Shown: positions 39,601 to 52,652 of the stretch, piece after piece
How positions within the stretch are numbered: the first letter of the stretch is position 1
How the letters are laid out: each line of letters begins with the position of its first letter
NCBI GenBank assembly: GCA_965140785.1
Contig: OZ223481.1
Location: 608,001-672,000 of the forward strand
Direction of reading: 5' to 3'
Length of the DNA: 64,000 bases
From: an uncultured Ruficoccus sp.
GTDB lineage: Bacteria > Verrucomicrobiota > Verrucomicrobiia > Opitutales > Cerasicoccaceae
Position numbers and translations under genes: made by a program
Notes under the pieces: generated by a model
The model's database searches: none
Told to the model about the DNA's origin: nothing
Seen by the model: the letters and a program-made list of their open reading frames with translations, nothing else

Positions 39601-40476
39601 CTAACCTTTATAGATTTCAAGCAAGGTGTCGGCGATTTCCGACGGGGTCGGCGCGACAGCGATGCCTGCATCCTTGAGGGCAGCGATTTTTGTGTCCGCC
39701 GATCCGCTACTACCAGATACGATAGCGCCCGCGTGGCCCATACGGCGTCCGGGGGGAGCTGTCGTACCCGCGATGAACGCGGCGACGGGTTTGTTTACAT
39801 TGGCCTTGATGTAGGCAGCGGCTTCTTCTTCCGCGCTACCTCCGATTTCTCCGATGAGAATAATGGCGTCCGTTTCCGGATCGTCATTAAAGAGTTTGAC
39901 CGCATCGAGGTGGCTGGTGCCGTTGACGGGGTCGCCGCCGATGCCGATGCAGGTGCTCTGGCCGTGACCGCGCACGGTGAGCTGGTACATAGCCTCATAG
40001 GTGAGGGTGCCCGAGCGGCTGACTACGCCGACCCGGCCGGGTTGGGCGATGTAGCCGGGCATGATACCGATATTGCAGATGCCGGGGGTCATGATGCCGG
40101 GGCAATTCGGGCCGATGAGGCGCGTTTTGCTCTTTCTCAGGGCGTCTTTGACCAGGGTCATGTCGCGCACCGGGATACCCTCGGTGATGCAGATGACCGT
40201 CTCGATCCCGGCGGCGATGGCCTCCAGGATGGAGTCGGCGGCGAAGGGCGGCGGCACGAAAATGACCGAGGTGTTGGCCCCTTCCTTGTCGACGGCATCC
40301 TGAACCGTGTTAAAGATCGGGAGTTTGTCTTCCCAGGTGGTGCCGCCCTTTCCCGGCGTGACGGCAGCCACATAGTTGGTGCCGTAGGCGATGTTGTTCA
40401 GGGCGTGCAGGGTGCCGGCCTTACCGGTAATTCCCTGCCCGACCACGCGGGTGTCTTTTCCGACGAGAACGCTCAT
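39601..40476 (-). CDS. sucD: Succinyl-CoA synthetase alpha subunit
   Basis: [29 protein letters not shown]. Confidence 0.97.
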   Translation of the reverse strand: MSVLVGKDTRVVGQGITGKAGTLHALNNIAYGTNYVAAVTPGKGGTTWEDKLPIFNTVQDAVDKEGANTSVIFVPPPFAADSILEAIAAGIETVICITEGIPVRDMTLVKDALRKSKTRLIGPNCPGIMTPGICNIGIMPGYIAQPGRVGVVSRSGTLTYEAMYQLTVRGHGQSTCIGIGGDPVNGTSHLDAVKLFNDDPETDAIILIGEIGGSAEEEAAAYIKANVNKPVAAFIAGTTAPPGRRMGHAGAIVSGSSGSADTKIAALKDAGIAVAPTPSEIADTLLEIYKG

Positions 40477-40524
40477 TGTACCAAATAGACAGTAAAAAGT
40501 TAAAAAATGGTTAGGTCGCCTGCT

Positions 40525-41712
40525 TTACTTTTTGGCGAGTTCGACGATTTTCTTGGCCGCGTCGGCCAGGGAGTCGGCGGAGGTCAGCTTGAGGCCGCTT
40601 TCGTCGAGGAGCTTCTTGCCCTCCTTGACTTCGTTGCCTTCGAGGCGGACGACCAGCGGGACGTTCAGATCGACGTTTTTGGCCGCGCCGATGATGCCCA
40701 GGGCGATGGTCTTGCAGCTCATGATGCCGCCGAAGATGTTGACCAGGATGCCCTCGACGTTCGGGTCGCTGAGGATGATGCGGAAGGCCTCGGTGACCTG
40801 CTGCTCATTGGCGCCGCCGCCGACATCGAGGAAGTTGGCCGGGTTGCCGCCGAAGTGTTTGATGATGTCCATCGTGGCCATGGCCAGGCCCGCGCCGTTG
40901 ACGAGGCAGGCGATGTTGCCGTCCAGGGCGATGTAGCTGAGGCCGAACTTGGAGGCTTCGATCTCCTTGGGGTCCTCTTCGCCGAGGTCGCGCAGGGCCT
41001 CGATCTCGGGATGGCGGTAGAGGGCGTTGCTGTCGAAGTTGACCTTGGCGTCGAGCGCTTCGACGTCGCCGTCGACCGTGGTGATGAGCGGGTTGATCTC
41101 GACCAGCGAGCAGTCTTTTTCCCAGAAAAAGTTGTAGAGCCCGGTCAGGAGCTTGTCCATCTGCTTGAGCTGCTCCTTGGTGGTGAGGCCCAGGGCGAAG
41201 GCCACGGCGCGCTTGTGGTGGGGCATCAGGCCGCCCGCCGGATCGACGTGGACGCGGGTGATCTTCTCGGGCGTCTCTTCGGCGACCTTCTCGATATCCA
41301 TGCCGCCCTCGGTCGAGGCGATGAAGACCGGCTGCGAGTTCTCGCGGTCTAGCAGAATCGCCAAGTAGTACTCCTTGGCGATCTTGCTGGCTTCGGTGAA
41401 ATAGACGGTCTTGACCTCGCGACCCTTGGGGCCGGTCTGGTGCGTGACCAGAGTGTTGCCCAGCATGGCCTTGCCGGCTTCAAAGGCGGCCTCCTTGCTG
41501 TCGAGGACCTTGACGCCGCCCTTGTAACCGTCGGTAAAGGTGCCTTTACCGCGTCCACCGGCATGGATCTGTGACTTAACGACGATTTTCTCGCCGGTCA
41601 CGCTGTCGATCGCCGCCTGGAATTCATCTACACTCTGAACCGCTTTACCTGCCGGCACCGGGATGCCGTACTCGGTAAACAGTTCCTTGGCCTGATATTC
41701 ATGAATATTCAT
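40525..41712 (-). CDS. sucC: Succinyl-CoA synthetase beta subunit
   Basis: [33 protein letters not shown]. Confidence 0.97.
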   Translation of the reverse strand: MNIHEYQAKELFTEYGIPVPAGKAVQSVDEFQAAIDSVTGEKIVVKSQIHAGGRGKGTFTDGYKGGVKVLDSKEAAFEAGKAMLGNTLVTHQTGPKGREVKTVYFTEASKIAKEYYLAILLDRENSQPVFIASTEGGMDIEKVAEETPEKITRVHVDPAGGLMPHHKRAVAFALGLTTKEQLKQMDKLLTGLYNFFWEKDCSLVEINPLITTVDGDVEALDAKVNFDSNALYRHPEIEALRDLGEEDPKEIEASKFGLSYIALDGNIACLVNGAGLAMATMDIIKHFGGNPANFLDVGGGANEQQVTEAFRIILSDPNVEGILVNIFGGIMSCKTIALGIIGAAKNVDLNVPLVVRLEGNEVKEGKKLLDESGLKLTSADSLADAAKKIVELAKK

Positions 41713-41799
41713 GTTGTGTACTGTGCTGTTATCACATGACGGGCGATTGATCCGTCATGGCAACCAATTTTTTTGCGATTGCAGGTATTAGAAGCACTC

Positions 41800-42531
41800 T
41801 TAACCGAGCACTTCAGCTTGACTGGCCGTAATCTGCGCGACGCCGTGTTTCCCCAGTTCCAGCAGACGGGCCAGCTGGTCGGACGAGAAGGTAGCTTCCT
41901 CGCCCGTGCCCTGCACTTCTACGTACTCCCCGCCGCCGGTCATGACAATGTTAAAGTCCACCGAGGCCTCGCGGTCTTCGTGGTAGTTGAGGTCGAGGAT
42001 CTCCAGTTCGTGGAAAATGCCTACGCTGACCGCCGCCACCGAGTCGCGGAAGGGGCTCTCGGCCAGAACGCCGTCGGCCATCAGGGTGCGCACGGCGAGC
42101 TGGGAGGCCACGTAGGCCCCGGAAATGGAAGCGGTGCGGGTGCCGCCGTCGGCCTGGAGCACATCACAGTCGATCCACAGGGTGTAGCCGGGGAGCTTTT
42201 TCAAGTCCACTACGGCGCGCATGGAGCGTCCGATCAGGCGCTGGATCTCGACCGAGCGTCCGTCGAGCCTGCCCTTGGAAATGTCGCGCTTCTTGCGGTC
42301 GTGGGTGGAGTAGGGGAGCATGGAGTACTCCGCTGTGATCCAGCCGCCCTCGACGCCCTGCTCGCGCATCCAGCCGGGGACGCGTTTCTCCAGCGTGGCC
42401 GCGCAGATGACCCGCGTGTTGCCGTAGCTGGCCAGCACGGACCCGGTGGCGTGGGGGGCGAAGCCCGGTTCAAAGGACAAAGGACGCAGCTGGTCCGCCA
42501 GCCGGCCGTCGAGACGTTTTTCTAAAGACAT
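41800..42531 (-). CDS. rph: Ribonuclease PH
   Basis: GWITAEYSMLP, EIQRLIGRSMR, QADGGTRTASI. Confidence 0.96.
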   Translation of the reverse strand: MSLEKRLDGRLADQLRPLSFEPGFAPHATGSVLASYGNTRVICAATLEKRVPGWMREQGVEGGWITAEYSMLPYSTHDRKKRDISKGRLDGRSVEIQRLIGRSMRAVVDLKKLPGYTLWIDCDVLQADGGTRTASISGAYVASQLAVRTLMADGVLAESPFRDSVAAVSVGIFHELEILDLNYHEDREASVDFNIVMTGGGEYVEVQGTGEEATFSSDQLARLLELGKHGVAQITASQAEVLG

Positions 42532-42603
42532 ACGCCGCTCAGCATGGGGACCGGCACCGATTGGGCAACGGGAAAGCGTTACTTCGGCCTCAACAGATCG
42601 GTT

Positions 42604-43047
42604 TTATAATGCCTCAATATACCTGATGGAGGCATTCATGGATTTTAGATCCTTTTGCAGTTCAGATAAAACAGATAAGGGCATGCCCAGGTATCTAAAC
42701 TTTTTGCCGTCTTTGAATTCGATTTGAACTGGCAAGGGAGACCTTACCCAGCGGACGGCGTAAATATCATCTATCGAACGAGTCTGGACTACGCGTCCAC
42801 AGACTCGCCAGCGGATTTCATCTCCTGAGACTTCAAAGTCGGTCACCATGGTCAGCAGCACAGTGCCCGGGAGCACTATGGCTATTACGCTGGCAATGAG
42901 AAATGCGGCGAGGATCGCAGAGACGCTGCCCTGTCGGCCATAAATGAGGCCAGTTGCGAGAACTATCACCAAAACGATTCCGCCGAACACACATCCGACA
43001 AATGCTACATGGCGCAAAGATTGAAGGTTGTTCCCGTAGCGTTTCAT
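42604..43047 (-). CDS. Hypothetical membrane protein
   Basis: 147 aa, two TM segments; lower GC than neighbours. Confidence 0.55.
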   Translation of the reverse strand: MKRYGNNLQSLRHVAFVGCVFGGIVLVIVLATGLIYGRQGSVSAILAAFLIASVIAIVLPGTVLLTMVTDFEVSGDEIRWRVCGRVVQTRSIDDIYAVRWVRSPLPVQIEFKDGKKFRYLGMPLSVLSELQKDLKSMNASIRYIEAL

Positions 43048-43229
43048 TCCTGTGGCGTGTCAATGAACCCTGAACGCGGTATCAACGATGGCCCTTGATC
43101 TTTGATGTCTGATCAGGGCTTGCTCTATTTTTGAATAAATCGGTTCGGGAGCACCGTGAATAGTGAATGTCCGATGCTCTCTGCGCCTCTGCTGTTAATA
43201 AAAAAAAGAGCGGCGGGGTGTCACCCGCC

Positions 43230-45269
<2,040 letters not shown>

Positions 45270-45357
45270 AGTTGTCTCAATTAAATTTCCTGGTGCCTGA
45301 AAACAAGGCAAAAGGGCGTCCGCGACGGCCCTTTGCGCTCAAAAGAAAGGGGACAGC

Positions 45358-47193
45358 CTACTCTTTCTGAGCGGGGAAAGCAATCGGGATCTCATACTGC
45401 TGCTGGCGCAGGGCTTGGCGCTTGGCCTCGGCGTCGCCGACCCAGTCGAGCGAGTCAAACAGTGTGATATATGCCATCAGCCCGAACAGGAGCACGACAA
45501 AGGCGCCGGTGGCGGCTTCGATCAGGCTGCGGGGCATGGGCCGACCCGTGAGCTTGGAAATGGTGGCGATGGTCATGTGCCCGCCGTCGAGCACGGGAAT
45601 GGGCAGCAGGTTGAGCAGGGCCAGGTTGACATTCAGGATCACGGCGAAGGCCAGCGCGGCGCGGAAGCCGTCCCACTTGCTCTGGTAGTTGTCGGGATTG
45701 GAAAAGCTGTGCATGAGCCGCCCGATGCCGACGGCCCCGTTCAGGTCCTTGAAGCCGATGTCCGAGCGCGGGCTGATCAGGCTGCCCAGCACGCGACCGA
45801 TCATTTTGATACTGGCGATGAACTGCTCGGGTGGCGTCGGGTGGACGATGATGAAGTCGTCCTGAATCCCGAAGCCGATCATGGTCCGGGTGATGGGCTT
45901 TACCAGCGACGCTTTCCAATCACCTTCGGATTGATAGACGTAGTCTTTATTGTCCTGGCTGAAGGTCAGTTGCGGGCCTGGGCCGGCTGCGCTGACGGTG
46001 GAGATGAGTGCTGAAAGACTGTCCACGGGCTGACCGTTGACGGCCAGCAACTGGTCGCCGGGTTCGAACTGGCCCTTGAGGGGGCTGTCTTCGGTCAGGT
46101 CAAAGAGCACGAGTTTGCCCGTCGTTTTCGGAGAGGCCGGGTTGGCTGTTTTGCTGGCATCATACACAGGCATGATCTCGGCGGTAGCCTCGGGCTGGTC
46201 GGCGGGGGCGAGGGAGACCAGCGGCTTGGTCCTGGGGACCTGCTCCGGGGAGACCGTGAGGCTCATGGGCTTGCCTTCGCGGATAAGAGAGAGGGTGACG
46301 GGCTCTCCGGGATGCTCCACAATGTAGTCATTAAGACCGAGCATGCTGTAAACTTTATGCCCGTCCACCGCCTCAATCAGGTCGCCGGGCTGGAGGCCGG
46401 CCTGTTCGGCGGGGGAGTTGGCCATGACGGAGCCGACGCGCAGCACCTGTGCTCCGGCAATACCGATGCGGCGGATGTCGCGCCCGGAGCGTTCATTGTA
46501 GGTCGAGAGCACGGGGAAAGCCTCGATCGGGAAGATGTCGCCGTCGCGCTCGACGAGGAGCTTGACGCGGGGGTTGCCGTCGGCGTCGCGCCCGGAACCG
46601 GTGGCTATGTACATGGCGACGTCCTGCCAGTCCTTGACGGGCTCACCGTCGATTTGCAGGATGCGGTCACCGGGCTGGAGCCCGGCCTTGGCGGCGGGCG
46701 AAGGAACGACGGTCTCGGCATCGATGGCAATCATCGGCTGAACGTAGCCGATGACGTTGGTCTCGATGGAACTGTGCGTCGGCATGCCCACCAGCCAGAC
46801 GGCGGTGCCCAGGATAAGGGCCAGGATCAGGTTGAAAAACGGTCCGGCGAAGGCCACGATCATCTTGTCGGCGTAGCTGATCGGGGGGAGTTGGTCGGCT
46901 TCCGGGCTATCGCCCTCGATGGTCTTCATGTCCGCCAGTTGGGGCAGGGCGACGAAGGCCCCGAAGGGAATCCAGCAGAAGCAGTACTCGACTCCGTCCT
47001 TACCGCGCCAGCCGAAGATCTTCGGTCCGAGCCCGAAAATCGAGAAGCGCTCGACCTTGAGCCCGCGCCACTTGGCGGCCAGGAAGTGACCCAGCTCATG
47101 GATGACGATGGCCCCGTTGAAAAACAGGATAATGAGCACCCAGCCCCACACGTTGGTGAAGAGACTGTGCAGGAGGTTGCCGTCGCCGCTCAT
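45358..47193 (-). CDS. rseP: RIP metalloprotease RseP with PDZ domains
   Basis: HELGH, AGPFFN, NLLPIPVLDGG; dxr context. Confidence 0.92.
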   Translation of the reverse strand: MSGDGNLLHSLFTNVWGWVLIILFFNGAIVIHELGHFLAAKWRGLKVERFSIFGLGPKIFGWRGKDGVEYCFCWIPFGAFVALPQLADMKTIEGDSPEADQLPPISYADKMIVAFAGPFFNLILALILGTAVWLVGMPTHSSIETNVIGYVQPMIAIDAETVVPSPAAKAGLQPGDRILQIDGEPVKDWQDVAMYIATGSGRDADGNPRVKLLVERDGDIFPIEAFPVLSTYNERSGRDIRRIGIAGAQVLRVGSVMANSPAEQAGLQPGDLIEAVDGHKVYSMLGLNDYIVEHPGEPVTLSLIREGKPMSLTVSPEQVPRTKPLVSLAPADQPEATAEIMPVYDASKTANPASPKTTGKLVLFDLTEDSPLKGQFEPGDQLLAVNGQPVDSLSALISTVSAAGPGPQLTFSQDNKDYVYQSEGDWKASLVKPITRTMIGFGIQDDFIIVHPTPPEQFIASIKMIGRVLGSLISPRSDIGFKDLNGAVGIGRLMHSFSNPDNYQSKWDGFRAALAFAVILNVNLALLNLLPIPVLDGGHMTIATISKLTGRPMPRSLIEAATGAFVVLLFGLMAYITLFDSLDWVGDAEAKRQALRQQQYEIPIAFPAQKE

Positions 47194-47397
47194 GATTGGT
47201 GGTAAGAGTTACCGCTGAGATACGGAATCGTGGAAAACGAAAAAGTCAAAGTCTGGATGCAAGAGAGCGTCATGGCGGGGGATTGAAGACAGAAAAAACA
47301 TGGGGGTGGCGGCTGCCATCCCGGAGAGGCTTCCTCAAAATCTATCACCTAAAACCGGAGCGGGCGGGAAATGTTCACTCGCCGGTGACAGATTTCT

Positions 47398-48585
47398 TTA
47401 CTTGGCGGTGGGGGTGGTGAGGCAGGTGGCGACTTTTCCGGCGGCGATGCGGCGGGCCTCGGCGTCGGCGGCGAGCAGGTCCTCCAGGTTGTCGGGGTCG
47501 TGGTTGGTGAGAGATTCGAGGGTTTGCTCAATGATGCGGGGGATGTCCAGGTAGCTGATTTTGTCCGCCACAAAGGCTTCCACCGCGACCTCGTTGGCTG
47601 CGTTGAAGGCGCCGGTGGCAATGCCGCCAGCGAGAGCGGCCTCCCGGGCCAGGCGCAGGCAGGGGAACTGGATCTCGTCCGGCGGGCGGAACTCGAGGTT
47701 CATGAGCTGGGAAAAGTCGAGGGTGGCGTCCACCCCCTCGGCCCGCTCGGGGTAGAGGAGGGTGTGCTGGATGGCGAAGGTCATGACCGGCGGGCAGAGC
47801 TGGGCCAGGATGGAGCCGTCCACGTACTGGACCATGGAGTGGACGATGCTCTGGGGGTGGATGGTGACGTCGATCCGGTCGGCGGGCAGGTCAAAGAGCC
47901 AGCGGGCCTCGATCAGCTCCAGGCCCTTGTTGGCCATGGTGGAGGAGTCGATGGTGATCTTCGGGCCCATGTCCCAGTTGGGGTGCTTGAGGGCCATTTC
48001 CTTGGTCACGGTGGCCATCTGCTCGCGGGAGAAGTCCCGGAAGGGGCCGCCCGAGGCGGTCAGAATCAGCCGGTCCACGTCCACCTTGCGCTCGCCCTGG
48101 AGGCACTGAAAGATAGCGTTGTGCTCACTGTCGAGGGGGAGCATGCGCGAGCCGGACTTTTTTGCCGTCTCCATGACGAATTTGCCCGCCAGCACGAGGA
48201 TTTCCTTGCTGGCCAGGGCAATGTCCTTGCCCTTTTCCAGGGCGGCCAGGGTGGGCTTGAGCGAGAGGGTGCCGACCACGGCGGGGACGACCAGCTCGGC
48301 CTCCTCCAGCACGGAAACGGCAATCAGCCCCTCGATCCCGCAGTAAAGCTTCGTCTCCGCCGGAAAGGCGCCCGCGGCCTTGGCCTCTTCGCAGGCGGCC
48401 TCGTCGTAGATGGCGACATGGGGGACGTTGAACTCCTTGGCGATGCGGGCCAGGTCGCGCCAGCGGCGGCGACCGGCGATGGCGAGCAGTTCAAGCTTGT
48501 CCGGGTGCTTGGCGACGACGCGCAGCGTGTTTTCACCAATGGAGCCGGTGGCCCCGAGCAGGACGATCTTTTTGGGACTGGACAT
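47398..48585 (-). CDS. dxr: DXP reductoisomerase
   Basis: LGATGSIG, PLDSEH, TASGGPF, HPNWDMGPKIT, NKGLE. Confidence 0.97.
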   Translation of the reverse strand: MSSPKKIVLLGATGSIGENTLRVVAKHPDKLELLAIAGRRRWRDLARIAKEFNVPHVAIYDEAACEEAKAAGAFPAETKLYCGIEGLIAVSVLEEAELVVPAVVGTLSLKPTLAALEKGKDIALASKEILVLAGKFVMETAKKSGSRMLPLDSEHNAIFQCLQGERKVDVDRLILTASGGPFRDFSREQMATVTKEMALKHPNWDMGPKITIDSSTMANKGLELIEARWLFDLPADRIDVTIHPQSIVHSMVQYVDGSILAQLCPPVMTFAIQHTLLYPERAEGVDATLDFSQLMNLEFRPPDEIQFPCLRLAREAALAGGIATGAFNAANEVAVEAFVADKISYLDIPRIIEQTLESLTNHDPDNLEDLLAADAEARRIAAGKVATCLTTPTAK

Positions 48586-48628
48586 GGAGGTACTAAAATC
48601 AATCGGGTCCGGGAACGCTGAGCAGCCC

Positions 48629-49420
48629 TCAGACCAGATAGTTCAATAAGAGGTACCCGGCGGGCGCGGTCAAGATCAGGCTGTCGGTCAAATCGAAGAT
48701 GCCCCCGATGCCGGGAATGACGGCGCCGGAGTCCTTAACCCCCGCCTTGCGCTTGATCATGGACTCGATCAGGTCCGAGACCAGGGCGATGTCCCCGAGA
48801 ATGGCGGCGATCAGCGCGCCCTTGAGCAGGCCCATGTCCGGCAGCAGGTCCCCGAAGCACAGCAGCAGGATGACCCCGACCAGCGCGGAGACGGCAATGC
48901 CGCCCAGGGCACCCTCAATGGTTTTTTTCGGGCTGATGTGGGGGCAGAGCTTGTGCTTGCCGAACTTCATCCCCACCAGCAGGCCCCCTACGTCGGAGAA
49001 CTTCGAGACGGCGATGATCCAGACCGAGGCCATGACCGTGCCGGTGTCGCCGATCAGCAGGCTGTAGTACTGGAGCATGAAGGGCACGTAAATGATCCCG
49101 AAAAGCGTCGGCATGAAGCTCTCGCGTACCCGCGGCACCGCCAGCAGGGTAAAGGCGAGGATGACCGCGGAGAGGGCCGTCAGGTCCATCGGATGCTGGA
49201 CGGGCAAGAAGTAGCCTCCGAGCAGGATAAAAGCCCCCAGCAGCACGCCGGTGGTCTTGAGGGGGCGGTAGCCCATCTTTTCCAGCAAGTGGTAGAACTC
49301 CAGCTGGGTCAGGGCGGTCAGGGCGGCCAGCAGGAGGACGCCGCCGGGCGCGCCGAAGAGCACCAGCACGGCGATAATGACGACCCACAGGGTCACGGTG
49401 CTGGCGATGCGCTTCCTCAC
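48629..49420 (-). CDS. cdsA: Phosphatidate cytidylyltransferase
   Basis: ISPKKTIEG, DLIESMIKR..VKDSG..IPG.GG. Confidence 0.93.
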   Translation of the reverse strand: MRKRIASTVTLWVVIIAVLVLFGAPGGVLLLAALTALTQLEFYHLLEKMGYRPLKTTGVLLGAFILLGGYFLPVQHPMDLTALSAVILAFTLLAVPRVRESFMPTLFGIIYVPFMLQYYSLLIGDTGTVMASVWIIAVSKFSDVGGLLVGMKFGKHKLCPHISPKKTIEGALGGIAVSALVGVILLLCFGDLLPDMGLLKGALIAAILGDIALVSDLIESMIKRKAGVKDSGAVIPGIGGIFDLTDSLILTAPAGYLLLNYLV

Positions 49421-50193
49421 CGGTTGATGGCGGGTTCGCTGGACGGGGTGTCCTTGATCTGCTCGCCGGTCTTGCCGAAGCGCCGCTGGCGCTGGCGGAA
49501 GCTTTCCACCGCGTCGAGAAAGTGTTTACGGTCGAAATCGGGCCAATAAACCGGGGTGAAGAACATTTCGGAATAGGCGCACTGCAGGAGGAGGAAATTG
49601 CTGACGCGGGTCTCGCCGGAGGTGCGGATGAGCAGGTCCGGGTCGGGGACGCCCGCTGTGTACAGGTAGCGCGAGAAAAGCGGCCAGTCGAGGTGGTTCG
49701 GGTCGGCCTTGCCCTGGGCCACGTCCTCGGAAAAGGCCCGCACGGCGTCCAGCACCTCGGTGCGCGAGCCGTAGTTGAGCGCTACCTGGAGCACGTAGTC
49801 CTTGAAGTCCTTGGTCGCCTCCAGGGCCTCTTCGAGTTTTTTCTGCACGCCCTCGGGCAGTTCCTCGGGGCGGCCGATGACGCGCAGGCGTACCTTGTTT
49901 TTGACCAATTCGCGGGTGTTGCGCTCCAGAAAGAACTCCAGCAGGCCCATGAGGGAGGAGATTTCCTCCGCCGGACGCTGCCAGTTCTCCACGGAGAAGG
50001 CGAACAGGGTCAGGGTGCGGATATCCAGCTCGCGGGCGACCTTCAGGATCTCGCGGACGTTTTTGACTCCCCGGCGGTGCCCCTCGATCCGCGGCAGCCC
50101 GCGCTGACGCGCCCAGCGACCATTGCCATCCATAATGATGGCGACATGGTTGAGCCCCGGTGTTTTGGGCGATTGGCTGGCAGATTCGGACAC
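49417..50193 (-). CDS. uppS: Undecaprenyl diphosphate synthase
   Basis: HVAIIMDGNGRWA, FSVENWQRP, IRTSGETRVSNF. Confidence 0.96.
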   Translation of the reverse strand: MSESASQSPKTPGLNHVAIIMDGNGRWARQRGLPRIEGHRRGVKNVREILKVARELDIRTLTLFAFSVENWQRPAEEISSLMGLLEFFLERNTRELVKNKVRLRVIGRPEELPEGVQKKLEEALEATKDFKDYVLQVALNYGSRTEVLDAVRAFSEDVAQGKADPNHLDWPLFSRYLYTAGVPDPDLLIRTSGETRVSNFLLLQCAYSEMFFTPVYWPDFDRKHFLDAVESFRQRQRRFGKTGEQIKDTPSSEPAINR

Positions 50194-50377
50194 GGTGGAG
50201 AGTTAGACTGCGGAAAGCGACAGAAGTTCTGTTCTTCCCTGCCGGGGACCGGCTTCAGGATGAACGGCCAACCTATAGGGGATTGACTTGGAAATGCAAA
50301 TCCCAATCGCGCCTCATTCGCGGGGGGGCTGGGGCGCTCGGTTTGACAGGCGGGCGGGGCGGGATTATCTTAATCGT

Positions 50378-50668
50378 ATGTCAGAACCTCTCAACACCGC
50401 CGCCATTGCCAACGCGCTGGCGGGCCTGCCCGGTTGGAGCCATGAAGACGACCGGCTCAAGAAAACCTACACTTTCGAGGATTTTTCCCACGCCCTGGCC
50501 TTCATTGTCCGTGTCGGCCTGGAAGCCGAGAAAATGAACCACCACCCGGAGCTTTTTAATGTGTACAACCGGGTCGAAGTGGCCCTGGCCACCCACGACG
50601 CCGACGGCAAAGTGACCCGCAAGGATGTCAACCTGGCCAAGGCGATTGAGGCGCTTGGCACGGATTAA
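50378..50668 (+). CDS. Pterin-4-alpha-carbinolamine dehydratase
   Basis: [13 protein letters not shown]. Confidence 0.9.
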   Translation: MSEPLNTAAIANALAGLPGWSHEDDRLKKTYTFEDFSHALAFIVRVGLEAEKMNHHPELFNVYNRVEVALATHDADGKVTRKDVNLAKAIEALGTD

Positions 50669-50791
50669 GCAGCTTCCCGGCAACGCATTACTCGAAAAAA
50701 CACCCTTTTCAGCCCCGGGCCAAAAATCGCATTCCACTGTTGCACGGCGGAAGGTTGTAAGGTATGGCTGGGGGTTTCGACAGAAAAGCCG

Positions 50792-51763
50792 ATGAACGAA
50801 TCAGTTACATCCAACCTGAAAGGTGCGCCCGGTCACAAGCCGAAGGCGCACTACGACAAGGATTTCCAGGTTACCGACGCGTATCGCCAGACCCTGCCGG
50901 ACATGCAGAACAGCGACACGTCGGAAATTCAGGGCGCTAACGTGCCGATCATGCAGGTCGGCATCTCCAACTTTCGCCTGCCCCTGATCTATCTGAGCAA
51001 AGGCTGCGAAAAGCGCACGCTGGAGACCTCCGTCACCGGGACCGTTTCGCTGGGGGCCGATGCCAAGGGCATCAACATGTCCCGCATCATGCGCGCCTTC
51101 TACGATTTCAAGGACCGGGTCTTTTCGCTGGAACTGCTGGAGGAGATCCTCCTGCGCTACAAGCGTGAGATCGGCAGCAGCCGCGCCCGGCTCAAGCTGA
51201 ATTTCAACTACCCGATCGTCCAGAAAAGCCTGCGCAGCGGGCTGGAGGGTTTTCAGTATTACCAGGTGGCTTACGAGGGCTTCATCGACGACCTCGACCG
51301 CTACCGCCGGTTCATTCACTTCGATTTCGTGTACTCCTCGGCCTGCCCGTGTTCGTCCGAACTCTCCGAGCATGCCCGCTCCGAGCGCGACATTTACGCC
51401 ATTCCGCACTCTCAGCGCAGCAAGGCCCGCGTCAGCGTGGAGGTCCGCGAGGGCCAGGACCTGCCGATCGAAGACTTGCAGCAGCTCTGCCTGGAGGCGC
51501 TCAAGACCGAGACCCAGGTCATGGTCAAGCGCGAGGACGAGCAGGCTTTCGCCGAGTTGAATGGCGCTTACGTCAAGTTCGTCGAGGACGCCGCCCGGCT
51601 CCTCTACGAGCAGCTCGACACCGAGCCCCGGATCAAAGACTTTCAGGTCGCCTGTGCGCATCTGGAGTCGCTCCACTCGCACGACGCTGTGGCTGTGATC
51701 AACAAGGGCCTGCCCGGCGGCTTCACCGGCGACACCCGCGATTTTCACGACCTGATCTGCTAG
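50792..51763 (+). CDS. folE2: GTP cyclohydrolase FolE2
   Basis: [40 protein letters not shown]. Confidence 0.93.
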   Translation: MNESVTSNLKGAPGHKPKAHYDKDFQVTDAYRQTLPDMQNSDTSEIQGANVPIMQVGISNFRLPLIYLSKGCEKRTLETSVTGTVSLGADAKGINMSRIMRAFYDFKDRVFSLELLEEILLRYKREIGSSRARLKLNFNYPIVQKSLRSGLEGFQYYQVAYEGFIDDLDRYRRFIHFDFVYSSACPCSSELSEHARSERDIYAIPHSQRSKARVSVEVREGQDLPIEDLQQLCLEALKTETQVMVKREDEQAFAELNGAYVKFVEDAARLLYEQLDTEPRIKDFQVACAHLESLHSHDAVAVINKGLPGGFTGDTRDFHDLIC

Positions 51764-51768
51764 AGGCG

Positions 51769-51847
51769 GGTTGCACGCGCTGGCAATGAGGGGCTGTGCC
51801 CCTACGACAGGTTGCACCTGCGGGCAATGAGGGGCTGCGCCCCTACG
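51769..51847. repeat. Tandem REP-like repeat, two 41-bp-period units
   Basis: GGTTGCAC...GGCAATGAGGGGCTGYGCCCCTACG twice, each with an AGGGGC/GCCCCT hairpin. Confidence 0.75.
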
Positions 51848-52006
51848 GAGCCAGAAAGGCTCCTACCCCGGGACGCTCATTCAGAGAAGGGCAACGCACC
51901 TGCTTTGCTCTGTTACCGGTTAATAGGCTCGGCGGCTCGGGTTGGTGAGTCGGGCGGCGGTCGGATTCTGCTTGTCCGAAAGGGGGCGCAGTTGTATGAC
52001 GGAGTC

Positions 52007-52516
52007 ATGACTCATACCCCCACGCTATCCCTGATTCTGGTCTTGGCTTTTGGCCTCTGCGGCCTCCTGCGCGCGGACGATGAACTGCTGCGCAACGGCG
52101 ATTTCTCCCGTGGCACCAGCGGCTGGAAGGGGGACCGCAATATCGAGGAGGACGACAAGGGCAACAAATACATGCTCATCGAAGCCGATGACGACGAGGA
52201 GCAGGTATTCATGCAGGAGGACCTCGACACGAAGGATCTAACGGCCTTTCTGCTGACTTTCCGATGCCGCCCGAGCGAGGATTATGTCGGCAAGGGGCTG
52301 GCCATCCGTTTTTCCCACCCCAGTGGCATGTATTATGAGTTCAAGATACTGCTCAAGAATCAGGGTGAGTGGGACACCATCAAGGGCCGCTTCCGGGAAA
52401 TGCGGACGTCCGATGAAGTGACGCTGGAGATTCACGTCCTGCCCGGCGAGGGCACGGTTATGTTCGACGACATATCCCTGAAACCTCTGGGCGCGGAAGA
52501 CGAGGAAGACTCCTAA
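52007..52516 (+). CDS. Exported carbohydrate-binding-module-like protein
   Basis: Signal peptide; LLRNGDFS.G..GW and FDDISL. Confidence 0.6.
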   Translation: MTHTPTLSLILVLAFGLCGLLRADDELLRNGDFSRGTSGWKGDRNIEEDDKGNKYMLIEADDDEEQVFMQEDLDTKDLTAFLLTFRCRPSEDYVGKGLAIRFSHPSGMYYEFKILLKNQGEWDTIKGRFREMRTSDEVTLEIHVLPGEGTVMFDDISLKPLGAEDEEDS

Positions 52517-52652
52517 GTCGGTTTCGCTTTATCGGCCTGCGGTGGGAATTCATGCGCAGAGTCCCCAATGGTCATTTGGAAACTCAGCGCACACGACACT
52601 GGGAATGTGAAAAAGAACTGGCACGGCGGCGCAGGTGTGGCATGGTGAGGCC

